A stretch of DNA of 64,000 bases from Planctomycetota bacterium (lineage in GTDB: Bacteria > Planctomycetota > PLA2). Shown here one piece after another: positions 38,184 through 48,343 of the stretch. The notes beneath the pieces were generated by a model, which was not told where the DNA came from, ran no database searches, and saw only the letters and a program-made list of their open reading frames with translations. Made by a program: the position numbers and the translations under genes. Each line of letters begins with the position of its first letter. Position 1 is the stretch's first letter. Location of the stretch: assembly GCA_036443405.1 (NCBI GenBank), contig JAZFYD010000122.1:7755-71754 (forward strand), in the 5' to 3' direction.

Positions 38184-39155
38184 TTACGCATCGAGGACGT
38201 ACGCAAACACGAGCGGCGCCACGATCGTCGCGTCGGACTGAATCATGAACGTCGGCGAGTCCGTGTCGAGTTTGCCCCAGGTGATCTTCTCGTTCGGGAC
38301 GGCGCCGCTGTAGGAGCCGTACGACGTCGAGCTGTCGCCGATCTGCGCGAAGTACGACCAGTACGGGATGTCCTTTTCCTTCAGGTCCTGGATGAGCAGC
38401 GGCACGGCGCAGATCGCGAAGTCGCCCGCGATGCCCCCGCCGATCTGGAAGAACCCGACGCGCGTGCCCGCCTTACTGTGTTCGCGATACCAGTCCGCGA
38501 CCTCGACGAGCTGCTCGGTGCCCGACTTGATGATGTTGTGGGACGAGACGATCTCGCCCTTGACGACCTCGGCCGCGAAACCGCTGCCGAGGGTCGAATC
38601 CTCCCAACCCGGAACCCAGACCGGAATGTTCATCTCGTGCGCGGCGAGCACCCATGACTCTTCCGGCGGCACCTGGTAGTGCTCCTTCATCTCGCCGGCG
38701 TCGATCACCATCTTGATGATCTCCCACGGTGTGTGGCGCGTGCCCTCTTTCTCCGCGCGCGTCCAGTGCGGCTTGAAGAAGTCATCGAGCTGATAGAAGA
38801 CGTACTCCGGGATACAGACGTCGGTGACGCGGTTGAATCCGTTCTTGTAGAGATCCTCTTCCTGCTGCGGCGTGAGGTCGCGGTAGTTCGACACGCGCTT
38901 GTACTTCTCGCGCGCGAGCAGATTGAAGAGGTCCTCCTCGACGTTGGCGCCCGTCGTGGAGATGCCGTGCACCTTGCCCTCGCGGATCATGCGCGCCAGC
39001 GTCTTGCCGAGCTGCGCCGTGCTCATCGCGCCGGCGATGGACAGGAACATCTTGTCGCCACGTTCGATCAGGTCGACCCATGCTTGGGCCGCCTCACGGG
39101 TCTCCCGCGCGTTGAAGTGGCGGAAGTTGGTGTTCATGAATTCGCGCATGCTCAT
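38184..39155 (-). CDS. Deoxyhypusine synthase-like protein (possible homospermidine synthase)
   Basis: AGAMSTA, TGANVEED, IGGG, YGSYSGAVPNEKITWGK (catalytic-Lys position retained), SDATIVAPL. Confidence 0.9.
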   Translation of the reverse strand: MSMREFMNTNFRHFNARETREAAQAWVDLIERGDKMFLSIAGAMSTAQLGKTLARMIREGKVHGISTTGANVEEDLFNLLAREKYKRVSNYRDLTPQQEEDLYKNGFNRVTDVCIPEYVFYQLDDFFKPHWTRAEKEGTRHTPWEIIKMVIDAGEMKEHYQVPPEESWVLAAHEMNIPVWVPGWEDSTLGSGFAAEVVKGEIVSSHNIIKSGTEQLVEVADWYREHSKAGTRVGFFQIGGGIAGDFAICAVPLLIQDLKEKDIPYWSYFAQIGDSSTSYGSYSGAVPNEKITWGKLDTDSPTFMIQSDATIVAPLVFAYVLDA

Positions 39156-39279
39156 CGCTTGGCTCTCCGGACGTGTGCTTCGGTCTGCCGCCGTTGGGGA
39201 AACGGCGGACCCATCAACCTACGATTTGGCGCAAGGAAAAGCCCGCGAGGTCGCGATTCGCGGTGGTTGGGGGGGGGGC

Positions 39280-40071
39280 CTACGTGTCGCCGGCGGCGGT
39301 CAGCGCGTCCAGGTCGTCGAAATCGAATTCGAAGCCGTCGAGATCGAATTCGAACTCGAACCCGTTCAGGTACGCCCGCGCGGCCGATGTCCCGTCGAGA
39401 TCGATGTGGCCGGAGGATCTCGCGCCATCGACGTTGATGTCGAAGCGCACGTCCGCGACCGGATAGTCCTGGAGCAGGTCTGCGAGCGCGAGCGTGCCGA
39501 GGTCGAAATCGAAGGTGCACACGTCCGACGTGATCGAGCCGTCGCCGGAGACCGCGCTGACCATGCCGTCCGCAAACGCGACCGACATGACGCCGCTGCC
39601 GCTGATGCCGTCGTCCTCGTTCATCACCGTGTAGTTGATGCGTACGCTCTCGTCGTCATCGAGTTGCGCGAGCGCCTCTTCGAGGGTCGTCGGCAGGTTG
39701 GTCAGGTCGAACGGAATCGTCGCGTTTCCGTCCGCGTCGCGGAACGTGAGCAGGCCGCCGAGCGTCGAGTCGGTCTCGCCGTCCCCGTCGAGGTCGACCG
39801 GGTACTCGAAGTTGATGCCGCCGGCGAGGAGGTTGATCGAGATCGAGAGCTCTTCGGGCAGGGAGTCGGCTTGGGCGAGCTCTTCCAGAAGCTGGAGGAT
39901 CGCGGTGACCTGCTCGAGGTCGGGCGCGACACATCTCTGCAGTGCCTGCAGCGTCTCCTGAAACGTTACCGGCGTATCGTTTTGTTGCGCGGCCGGATCG
40001 CCGCCGCTGCTCCCGCATCCGAGCGAGGTGAGTGCGATGGCAAGAAGTCCAGCAATGAAGTTTCGACGCAT
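39280..40071 (-). CDS. Acidic lipoprotein, hypothetical
   Basis: MRRNFIAGLLAIALTSLGC lipobox; DLDGDGETD Ca-binding-like loop. Confidence 0.7.
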   Translation of the reverse strand: MRRNFIAGLLAIALTSLGCGSSGGDPAAQQNDTPVTFQETLQALQRCVAPDLEQVTAILQLLEELAQADSLPEELSISINLLAGGINFEYPVDLDGDGETDSTLGGLLTFRDADGNATIPFDLTNLPTTLEEALAQLDDDESVRINYTVMNEDDGISGSGVMSVAFADGMVSAVSGDGSITSDVCTFDFDLGTLALADLLQDYPVADVRFDINVDGARSSGHIDLDGTSAARAYLNGFEFEFDLDGFEFDFDDLDALTAAGDT

Positions 40072-40181
40072 CAAGGGCCTCCGAGGCGCCTGAGTATACG
40101 GGCGTGCGGCCCGTCGGTTGAGGACGCCGCGGGGCGCGGTAGAATCCGCCGCCTCATTCCGCGTCAAACCCGGCGCGGCGG

Positions 40182-40775
40182 GTGGATCGCACCATCGGAC
40201 TTCACGTCGTTTTCCTGCTCTCCGGCGTCGCGGCGCTTCTGTACCAGCTCGTCTGGCAGCGCGTGCTGTTCACGATCTACGGCATCGACACGACGTCCGT
40301 GACGATCGTGGTGACCGCGTTCATGCTCGGGCTTGGCGTCGGCAGCCTGGTCGGCGGCGAGTTGTCGCGCCGGTGCCCGAAGCGCGCGCTGCCGCTGTTC
40401 GCGGCGGTCGAGTTCGGCGCGGGCGCCTTCGGAATCGCCTCGCTGCCCCTGTTTGCCTGGGTTGCCGAGTTCACGCTCGGTTTGTCGCGCTTCTCGACCG
40501 GGCTCGTGACGTTTCTGCTCGTCCTCGTCCCGACGACGCTGATGGGCGCGACGCTGCCGCTACTCGTCGGCCACGCATCGCGAATCACCGGCAATGTCGG
40601 GCGCTCCGTCGGCTCGCTCTACTTCGTCAACACGCTCGGTGCCGCGGTCGGCAGCTTCGCAGCGGTCGGGGTTTTATTGGGTGCGTTCGGCCTGCAGACG
40701 ACGACGCTCGTGGCCGCCGCGATCAACATCGGCGTCGGTGTCGCGGTCCTCGTTCTGCGGAGGCGCGCGCTGTGA
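40182..40775 (+). CDS. Membrane protein, N-terminal half of fused MFS/spermidine-synthase-like family
   Basis: SGVAALLYQLVWQR, AFMLGLGVG, MGATLP, LYFVNTLGA. Confidence 0.85.
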   Translation: MDRTIGLHVVFLLSGVAALLYQLVWQRVLFTIYGIDTTSVTIVVTAFMLGLGVGSLVGGELSRRCPKRALPLFAAVEFGAGAFGIASLPLFAWVAEFTLGLSRFSTGLVTFLLVLVPTTLMGATLPLLVGHASRITGNVGRSVGSLYFVNTLGAAVGSFAAVGVLLGAFGLQTTTLVAAAINIGVGVAVLVLRRRAL

Positions 40776-40777
40776 GG

Positions 40778-42256
40778 ATGAAGCTCGCCATCTTCCTCGC
40801 GACGCTCGGCGGGTTCATCGGGCTCTCCTACGAGATCCTCTGGGTGCGCGTCTATACGTTCGTGTCCTGGGGCGCCGCCAACGCGTTCGGCATTCTGCTC
40901 GGCGCGTACCTCGCGGGGCTCGCGATCGGCGCGTTCGTCGCGCGCCGTTACTGCGCTCGCGAGGCCGAAAAATCGCAAGCGCTGCGCTGGCTCGCGTTCT
41001 ACTTCCTCGCGGCGTCGCTTGCGGGATACGCGCTCATACCGGCGGTGGCCGAGGCCGTGCGGCATGTCGGTTACGCGTGGACGCTGCCGGCGTTTGCGCT
41101 CGTGGCGACGCTGCTCGGCACCGCGTTGCCGCTGATCAGCCACTTCGGCATCCCCGCGGACGAACGCGCCGGCCAACGGTTGTCGCATCTTTACGTCGGC
41201 AACATCGCAGGCTCGGCGGCGGGCAGCATGCTGACCGGGTTCGTGCTCATGGACGCCTGGTCGATTCGCTCGATCTCGCTGTTCCTCGCGCTCGCGGGGT
41301 TCGCGCTTGCCGCGGGCATCCTGATCGCGGTGGACAAAAATGCGCGCCGGCGTTTGCTCGTCGGCGGTGCCATCGCGGCGAGCGCGCTCCTGTCCATCGC
41401 GGCCGCGGAGCCGTTGTTCGACGGCGTATACGAAAAGCTGCAGTTCAAGTCGGAGTACGAGAGCCACGTCCGTTTCGACCGCGTGATCGAGACGCGCAGT
41501 GGCGTCGTCACCGTGTTGGGCGACACCGTATACGGCGGCGGCGTGTACGACGGCAAGTTCAGCGTGGATCCGTTCGATGACGTCAACGGGATCCGCCGCG
41601 CCTACGCTCTCGCCGCGGTGCACCCGCATCCGCGCGAGATCCTTGTGATCGGGCTGGGTTCGGGCTCCTGGGCGCGTGTCGTCGCGGCGCACCCGGCCGC
41701 GACGCGCATCACCGTCCTCGAGATCAGCCATGGATACGTGGAGTTGATTCGGGGCATCGAAGGCGGCGCCGAGTTGCTGGACGATCCGCGGGTGGAAGTC
41801 GTCGTGGACGATGGCCGGCGCTGGCTGCTGCGCACCGACCGAAAGTTCGACGCGATCGTTCAGAACACGACCTATCACTATCGGTCGCACTCGACGAACC
41901 TGCTTGCCCGCGAGCACATGGAACTCTGCCGCGCGCATCTAAACGCCGGTGGCGTGCTGATCTTCAACACGACGTGGTCCGACCGCGCGCAGCGCACGGC
42001 GGCCACGGTGTTCCCGCACGCGCTGCGATATCAAAACTGCATGTACGTCAGCGACGCGCCGATGGGTCCGGACAAGTCACGCTGGGAAAACGTGATGCGC
42101 GCGTACTTCCCCAACCGTCCCGCCGCGTTCGTGGCCGCGTCGAAATGGGAAGCTCGCAGCGCAATCCTGAAACGCACCGCCGGCCTCGAGGTCATCACCG
42201 ACGACAACATGGCGTGCGAGTGGCTCGCGGATCCGCAGACGGCGAAGCCGCGCTAG
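40778..42256 (+). CDS. Membrane-bound spermidine-synthase-like class I methyltransferase/aminopropyltransferase
   Basis: TM block (LSYEILWVR...LYVGNIAGS), then ILVIGLGSG, VLEI, DDGRRWL, KFDAI. Confidence 0.85.
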   Translation: MKLAIFLATLGGFIGLSYEILWVRVYTFVSWGAANAFGILLGAYLAGLAIGAFVARRYCAREAEKSQALRWLAFYFLAASLAGYALIPAVAEAVRHVGYAWTLPAFALVATLLGTALPLISHFGIPADERAGQRLSHLYVGNIAGSAAGSMLTGFVLMDAWSIRSISLFLALAGFALAAGILIAVDKNARRRLLVGGAIAASALLSIAAAEPLFDGVYEKLQFKSEYESHVRFDRVIETRSGVVTVLGDTVYGGGVYDGKFSVDPFDDVNGIRRAYALAAVHPHPREILVIGLGSGSWARVVAAHPAATRITVLEISHGYVELIRGIEGGAELLDDPRVEVVVDDGRRWLLRTDRKFDAIVQNTTYHYRSHSTNLLAREHMELCRAHLNAGGVLIFNTTWSDRAQRTAATVFPHALRYQNCMYVSDAPMGPDKSRWENVMRAYFPNRPAAFVAASKWEARSAILKRTAGLEVITDDNMACEWLADPQTAKPR

Positions 42257-44193
42257 TTGCCACGGATGGCCGTCAAGGCGCGTCGGGCTGCGCGTGTCAC
42301 GAGGTAGTCGCGTCGCTCCTTCTCGACCTTCTCGAGCCATGGCAGCGCGGCCTTGGCTTCCGGGCCGATCTCGGTGAGCAGCAGGATCAGCGGGACTCGC
42401 TCCGTTTCGACGACGTGCTTCGGCGGTTTCAGGCAGTGCTTCACGACCTCTTCAACCGGCATCAGCTTGTTGACCCAGTGGTGCCGCAGCGCACCGGCCC
42501 AGACGTGTTCGTCGTGCGGGAAGGGCTGTTCGACGACGTTGCGCAGGATCGCGTCGACCTTCGCCGTGTGCACGCCGAGAAGAGCGAGCGTGGCCGCCGC
42601 GCGACGAGCGGTCACGAACGGTGGGGAGTGCGTGGGCCTTCGATGGCCGTCCAGCAGCCCTTCCAGCTTTTCGATCGCGGGTTCGGCGGCGGGCAGTCCG
42701 ATCGCGCCGGCGGCCGCGATCGCCTGGTTCTTCGTGCGACGCGCGGGCGAGTCGATCATCTTGATCACCCCGGCCGCGAGCGGCACGGCGTCGCGTCCGA
42801 TCCGCACTGCGAGATCGCAACCGCTCGGGATGCCCTGCTGCAGGTGGCTTCGGGCACGTTCGAACATCTCCTCGTTGCGCCCGGTTGCGAGGTACAGCGC
42901 CAGCGCGGCGTCCGGATCTTTGCTCGTGCCGAGTTCGTCAGCGGCAAAACGCGCTTCGGGTCCAATGGCAAGAGCGACCGGGATCGCCTGCCCGAGTCGG
43001 ACGAGCAGCTTCGGAGCATCGTGCTGGCCGGCACGCAGCAACAGCCAGAGGAGCTTGATGTATCGCGGGTGGTCCCTATTGCGCGCGAGTTCGAGAAGAT
43101 GGTTCGCGCGGCTCGTGCGTTTCTCGATGAGCTGTTTCACGGAGGCTCGCGCGGCCGCGGCCACGTCCTCGCGTTCGTCGTCGAGACAGAGGATCAGTCC
43201 TTCAAGCGGTGGATTCGTGGAACGCGCAGCGACATTGCACGCCAGCAATCGCAGCTTTCGGTTGGGGTGAGCGAACGCTTCGTCGATCAAGCCGACCGGT
43301 TCCTTCGCTGCCCACCACCGGCGTCTCACGAGCCACATCGCATCGCGGTTGACCCTGGCATCCTGATCCCCCACCAGCGAGAGGACGCGGCGGACCTCGT
43401 CGCGCGTCGGAGCCTTCAGGTTCTGTACGGCGCGCACGAACCCACGGCGGTGGATCGGCTCGTTGCTTCGGTAGGCGCGGAGCAAGATCGCCCGCGCGGC
43501 CTGCGAGTGGGGGGCGAGCGCGCCGAGCGTGGCGTACGCGCGAAGTGCAAGCAATTGCGAACCGTCGAGCAGTCCCTTGAGTCGCGGCACGATCACGTCC
43601 GCGTGGTTGGGATGTTTGCCGAGCGCGTACACGGCGTCGAGGCCGTCGAGCGATTCGTCCTTTCTGTCGACGCGATCAAACAGAACCTGCAGCACTCCTT
43701 GGCGGTGCTGGTCGCGAATACTAAGCAGGTACGCGGTGCGCAACCGCAGCGAGTCGTCGTCCGAGTTCAGCATTGAGTCCGCGGCGGACTGCCAACCTTC
43801 GGGAGGCGGAACGAGCAAGAGCCACGCCTCCAGCGCAACGATCTTCTCTTCGCTCCGGCCTGACCGGAGCACTTCGACGAGCCCGCTCTTGTCCTTCGTG
43901 CTGAGCGCGCGCGCGATGTACGCCAAGCTGTGCGAGTTGGGATCTGCCAGCTCCGCGCGTTCCGCGAACCATCGGCGGACGACAACCGGCACCGCCGGCG
44001 CGCCGATCGCCATGAGTGCCTCCTCCATTTCGGGGTCGTGCTCTCCGTTGGCCCGCAGGCTCTTCACGAGCCGGTCGACCCAGTGAGCAAGCGGCTGGCC
44101 CTTGTGGGAGGGCGCTCCGGCCGGTTGGTCGTTCTCCTCGGCGAATGTTGCGCTCGCAGCCAGGAGCGCGATGGCTATCCAGCGTTTTCCCAC
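42253..44193 (-). CDS. Secreted HEAT-repeat protein
   Basis: Signal peptide; HKGQPLAHW; repeated helical ALGAIG.PA..A.P.L motifs, e.g. IGPEAKAALPWL. Confidence 0.75.
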   Translation of the reverse strand: MGKRWIAIALLAASATFAEENDQPAGAPSHKGQPLAHWVDRLVKSLRANGEHDPEMEEALMAIGAPAVPVVVRRWFAERAELADPNSHSLAYIARALSTKDKSGLVEVLRSGRSEEKIVALEAWLLLVPPPEGWQSAADSMLNSDDDSLRLRTAYLLSIRDQHRQGVLQVLFDRVDRKDESLDGLDAVYALGKHPNHADVIVPRLKGLLDGSQLLALRAYATLGALAPHSQAARAILLRAYRSNEPIHRRGFVRAVQNLKAPTRDEVRRVLSLVGDQDARVNRDAMWLVRRRWWAAKEPVGLIDEAFAHPNRKLRLLACNVAARSTNPPLEGLILCLDDEREDVAAAARASVKQLIEKRTSRANHLLELARNRDHPRYIKLLWLLLRAGQHDAPKLLVRLGQAIPVALAIGPEARFAADELGTSKDPDAALALYLATGRNEEMFERARSHLQQGIPSGCDLAVRIGRDAVPLAAGVIKMIDSPARRTKNQAIAAAGAIGLPAAEPAIEKLEGLLDGHRRPTHSPPFVTARRAAATLALLGVHTAKVDAILRNVVEQPFPHDEHVWAGALRHHWVNKLMPVEEVVKHCLKPPKHVVETERVPLILLLTEIGPEAKAALPWLEKVEKERRDYLVTRAARRALTAIRGN

Positions 44194-44268
44194 GATGTTC
44201 TTTGCTACCCGGGCCCCGCGGCCCCGTTCGGACTGTAATGCCGTGTTGCGCGAACGTAAACCGCCGAA

Positions 44269-46440
44269 CTACTTAGCGGCGTCGGGGCGCTTGCGCAGCG
44301 TCGGTGTGATCGTGCGCGTTTCGCCCTCTTTGAGCTCGATCCGATGGATCTGCGGGACGAAACCCGTCGCGCCGATCAGGAGCGTGTGCGGTCCGGCTTC
44401 AAGGTGGGTGAGGACAACCTGCGTGTCGGCGCCGGCGCGGTCTTCGCGGCCGATCAGGACAATTTCGGCTTCTTCGTACGCGCTCAGGTCGATCTCCAAC
44501 TTGGCGGATCCGAGCTGGACGACGTAAGGTCCGTTGCCCTTGAGCTGCGCGTGTTGCGGCGCGCTGCCCCCGCCGTGGATCTTCACCCACGCGCCGTCCC
44601 GGAACAGCGCGCTGCGCGCTACGCCGTTGACGTTGTCGTCGTCGTTGGCCCAACCGTGACCCGGCGGCGAGATGTCATCACGGACGGAGAACCAGAAGTC
44701 CTTGACCGGTTTACCGGCGCCGCCCAGAACGCGTAGCTCGCGCTGCACGTTGGGTTGGAACTGCAGGTCGCGAATCAGAATGGGTTCCGCCCACTCCCAA
44801 GGAAGGTCCAGTTCCTTAATGGCGCGGCCCTTCTTGGGGTGTCTTACGACGAGCCAGCGGTTGCCGACGGCGACGGTCCATAGCGTTGGCGGCGTGTCCA
44901 CACGCGAGCCCAACGCAACTTCGAGGTCGGTGCCCGGCACAGTCAAGTCGAGTGCACCGACGTCGGTCGTGTCCCAGAGGATGTAGGCCGCGAACTCGCC
45001 TTCGAGTTCAGGGAAACGCAGCTGCTTCGCGCCGGGCAAATGGATGCGCGCTTCGCGCACGCCGTCTATCGGCTCGGCGATGTCGCACAGGTAGGTCTCT
45101 TCGCCGACTTCCGCGCGCAGCGTTGCGCGGCTATGCGCGGGCAGGTAGTTCGAGTTGTGTGCGTCCACGCCCCAGAAGCGGTCCGGAAGCTGAACGGTGA
45201 ACTTCACGTCCGGCGGCTGCGGCGGGGCGGCGCCGGCTCCCTGCACGCTCACGATGTTTAGGCGCGCATGCTCCTGGACCGTGACTTCGAGCGCGGTCGG
45301 CCCGGTGATCTCGACCGCCCGCGGGCTCCCGAAATAGCGGGAGCCCTGCTCACCTGCGGATACCTCGTAGCGGCCCGCCTCGACTTCGATCTCATAGGGC
45401 GCACCGTCGGCAGATGAAAATCGGCGGCCGTCCGACGGCCGGTCGAGATGGACTCGGCCCGCCTCCTCGATCTCGTGGCCTTTCGCGTCGTACACGCGCA
45501 CATCGACGCGGTGCCGAATGGGATCCGGTTGCTCGTTCGTATCCGCGTCGAGAACGATGATCGTAGTGCCGTTCGCCATGCGGTCGTCACCGGATGAGCC
45601 CGTCGTCTTGGTCTGGTCGCCGTCCCGCCAGAACACCAACAGCTCGGCATCGGGTACGGCGCCGCGCAGAATGAACCGTCCGCTTGCATCCGCACGCGTT
45701 CGCGGCGCGCGGTCGTATGTGCAGATCACCGCCCACTCGGGCGCCGTGCCGTCCGCCTTGACGACGCGCCCGCGAATCTCCGCGGTCGGCAGCATCCACA
45801 TCGTTGGCGGGTGCCAGCGAAGCGGCCGCTCGATATGCGTCCAGTACCGCTGCGAGAAAAAACGCGCGTCGTGAAACGTGAGATCCACTCCGTCGACTCG
45901 TTCGAAGACGAAGAAACCGTTCGTGTCGGTGACGGCTTCCGCGAGGTTGGGCGAGTGCGCGCAGCCGACTTTGCCGAGCATGCGCACACCGGCCGCGGGA
46001 CGACCGTTGGGGTGGCGGACGAAGCCGGCCGTTTCCCCGCCGCGGCTCAGCTCGATGTGAAAGGGGCCGACCGTCCCGTATTCCTCGGTGGGGGCGTACC
46101 CCCCGGCCGAGACCGCATAGTGACAAGGAAACGGATCCTTCTGCTGCGGGAGCGTTGCGAGGCCGTATTTGTCGGTGGTGGCTTCGGCCAGGCTTGGCGC
46201 CCAGTTACCGTCGTCGTCGAGCCAGTTCTCCGGGCACTGCGAGATGCGCGCGCCGGCGACGGCTTGCCCCGTTTCTTCGTCGACGACGCGGAACACGAGG
46301 AACCGTTCGGACTCCGTGCCGGGCACGATGCCTTCGTACTCGCCAACCCATTCGCCGCCCGGGTCGTCCTTCGGCGTTCCCGGTGCGCCGCCTGCGCACG
46401 CGAGGCAGGCAGCGATGACGACAGCGACTGCCGCTTTCAT
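44269..46440 (-). CDS. Lipoprotein with carboxypeptidase-regulatory-like domains
   Basis: MKAAVAVVIAACLAC lipobox; RVVDEETGQAVAGA, TDKYG and TDTNGFF repeats. Confidence 0.75.
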   Translation of the reverse strand: MKAAVAVVIAACLACAGGAPGTPKDDPGGEWVGEYEGIVPGTESERFLVFRVVDEETGQAVAGARISQCPENWLDDDGNWAPSLAEATTDKYGLATLPQQKDPFPCHYAVSAGGYAPTEEYGTVGPFHIELSRGGETAGFVRHPNGRPAAGVRMLGKVGCAHSPNLAEAVTDTNGFFVFERVDGVDLTFHDARFFSQRYWTHIERPLRWHPPTMWMLPTAEIRGRVVKADGTAPEWAVICTYDRAPRTRADASGRFILRGAVPDAELLVFWRDGDQTKTTGSSGDDRMANGTTIIVLDADTNEQPDPIRHRVDVRVYDAKGHEIEEAGRVHLDRPSDGRRFSSADGAPYEIEVEAGRYEVSAGEQGSRYFGSPRAVEITGPTALEVTVQEHARLNIVSVQGAGAAPPQPPDVKFTVQLPDRFWGVDAHNSNYLPAHSRATLRAEVGEETYLCDIAEPIDGVREARIHLPGAKQLRFPELEGEFAAYILWDTTDVGALDLTVPGTDLEVALGSRVDTPPTLWTVAVGNRWLVVRHPKKGRAIKELDLPWEWAEPILIRDLQFQPNVQRELRVLGGAGKPVKDFWFSVRDDISPPGHGWANDDDNVNGVARSALFRDGAWVKIHGGGSAPQHAQLKGNGPYVVQLGSAKLEIDLSAYEEAEIVLIGREDRAGADTQVVLTHLEAGPHTLLIGATGFVPQIHRIELKEGETRTITPTLRKRPDAAK

Positions 46441-46451
46441 GAGTGCCTGTT

Positions 46452-47687
46452 CTAACGCAACAGCCGTGGGATGCGCAGGGCGGCAGGCGGGTGGCTGTCG
46501 TAAAACGCCGAATGAACGGGATCGGGAGTCAGCGTGGCGGCGTTGTGGCGATAGATCGCGAGCAGCGCGGCAGCCAGCGAGCCGGGCTCGGAGTGGGCTT
46601 TGCCGTAGTCGTCGGCCTCGTACTCGTAGCGGCGCGAGAGCCACGAACCGATCGGCGCGGTGAAGAACAAAAACACCGGCACGACCCACAGGAACAGCAG
46701 CAGCGCGCCGTGGGACGACGGTTCGTTAAGGCCGAGGCCCTTGTAGAACCAGTCGTGTTGGCTGAGCCAGCCGAGGATCGCGAGACCGATCAGGCTTTGC
46801 GCGATGGACATCAGCGTCATCTTGAGGACGTGGCGCAACTTGGCGTGGCCGAGTTCGTGCGCGAGCACGGCTTCGATCTCCGGTTCGCCCATCTGTTCGA
46901 TCAAGGTGTCGTACAAGACGATGCGGCGCGAGGAGCCGAGCCCCGCGAAGAATGCGTTGGAGTGCGCGGAGCGCCGCGAGCCGTCCATCACGAATAACCC
47001 CTGGTTCGGAAACTCGACGCGCGCGAGCAGCGCGGTGAGCCGGTCCTTCAGCGTTCCGTCCCGAAGCGGCGTGAGCTTGTTGAAAATCGGCAGCAGATAC
47101 GTCGGCAGGATCCACGTGAGAAAAAGCGAGAACGCCGTCCACACGGCCCACACCCAGAGCCACCAGAGCGCGCCGGCGCTTTCCATCAGCCATAGCGCGG
47201 CCGCCATCAGCGGCGTGCCGAGCACGAGACCGAGCAGCACGGATTTGAGAAGGTCCTTCACGAACAGAGCCGGTGTCGTGCGGTTGAAGCCGAAGCGCTG
47301 TTCGATCTTGAAGGTGCGGTGGATCGAAAACGGCAGCGCGAGCAGGGCGGCGACGCCGAGCACGCTCCACAAGAACGCGATACCGCGCATGACCTCGCCG
47401 TCGATGCGGGTTTTCCAGAACGCGTCGAAGAACGCCAGGCCGCCGCCGAGGGTCCAGGTCAGGAGCAGCGCGACCGAGACGATCATGCGCACGCGGCCGG
47501 CGCGGCCCGCGGTGACGGTGTAGTCCGCCGCTTTTTGGTGCGTCGGGAGGTCGATCGCCTTCGCGAACTCCGCCGGGACAGCTCCACGATGCTGTTCGAC
47601 GTGTGCGAGTTGCCGCGTGTTGAGATAGAGCCGAGTCGCCAGGGAAGCGGCGAGCGCGAGGAGGAAAGCCAGCGTCAGGGGGAGCAC
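46452..47687 (-). CDS. M48 family (Ste24-like) zinc metalloprotease
   Basis: DGSRRSAHSNAFFAG, AVLAHELGH, EYEAD, SHP; TM helices. GTG start inferred. Confidence 0.92.
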   Translation of the reverse strand: MLPLTLAFLLALAASLATRLYLNTRQLAHVEQHRGAVPAEFAKAIDLPTHQKAADYTVTAGRAGRVRMIVSVALLLTWTLGGGLAFFDAFWKTRIDGEVMRGIAFLWSVLGVAALLALPFSIHRTFKIEQRFGFNRTTPALFVKDLLKSVLLGLVLGTPLMAAALWLMESAGALWWLWVWAVWTAFSLFLTWILPTYLLPIFNKLTPLRDGTLKDRLTALLARVEFPNQGLFVMDGSRRSAHSNAFFAGLGSSRRIVLYDTLIEQMGEPEIEAVLAHELGHAKLRHVLKMTLMSIAQSLIGLAILGWLSQHDWFYKGLGLNEPSSHGALLLFLWVVPVFLFFTAPIGSWLSRRYEYEADDYGKAHSEPGSLAAALLAIYRHNAATLTPDPVHSAFYDSHPPAALRIPRLLR

Positions 47688-47694
47688 GCCCCGA

Positions 47695-48267
47695 CTACGA
47701 GATCTCCGAGAGACTCGTGACGACCCGATCGCAGAGGCCGTAATCAACGGCTTCGTTGGCGCTCATCCAGTAGTCGCGGTTCAGATCCGTGCGGATGCGG
47801 TCGGCGTCCTGTTTGGTCTCTTCGACGTAGATCTCGATGAGGCGGTCGCGCAGCAGGAGGATCTGCTTGGCGCCGATCTCGATGTCCGAGGCCGCGCCCT
47901 GATAGGCGGACGACGGCTGGTGGATCATGAAGCGCGTGTTCGGCAGCGTGACCCGGTTCTTCTTCTCGGGCGGCGCGAGCATCAGGATCGTGCCCATGGA
48001 TGCGCTGATGCCCGTGCAGATCGTCGTGACCGGCGCCTTGATCATGCGCACGGCGTCGAACATCGCGAACCCGTCGCTGATCGAGCCGCCGGGCGTGTTC
48101 ACGTAGAAGTGAATCGGCGCCTTGTCGTCCTTGCCGTTCAAATAAAGCAGCTGCGCGACGAGGCGTTCCGCCGCCTCCGGCATGACCGGCTCGCAAAGGA
48201 GCACGATGCGCTGGTCGAGCAGCTTGTCGATGATCTGACGATTGGGTTGGCCGTTGTCCTCGGGCAT
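47695..48267 (-). CDS. clpP: ATP-dependent Clp protease proteolytic subunit
   Basis: YVNTPGGS, SASMG (Ser), MIHQP (His), RDYWMSA (Asp). Confidence 0.93.
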   Translation of the reverse strand: MPEDNGQPNRQIIDKLLDQRIVLLCEPVMPEAAERLVAQLLYLNGKDDKAPIHFYVNTPGGSISDGFAMFDAVRMIKAPVTTICTGISASMGTILMLAPPEKKNRVTLPNTRFMIHQPSSAYQGAASDIEIGAKQILLLRDRLIEIYVEETKQDADRIRTDLNRDYWMSANEAVDYGLCDRVVTSLSEIS

Positions 48268-48343
48268 GCGCGCAGTCTACCCCAGCGGTCCAAACGGTCA
48301 CGATCCGCGCGCGCCGCCGCCGTCGCGGTTGTCTCAGGCCGGC

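Noticed and set aside
40118-40777. N-terminal extension of the 712-aa ORF
   Set aside because: Arg-rich nonsense overlapping the real 197-aa membrane gene in another frame.
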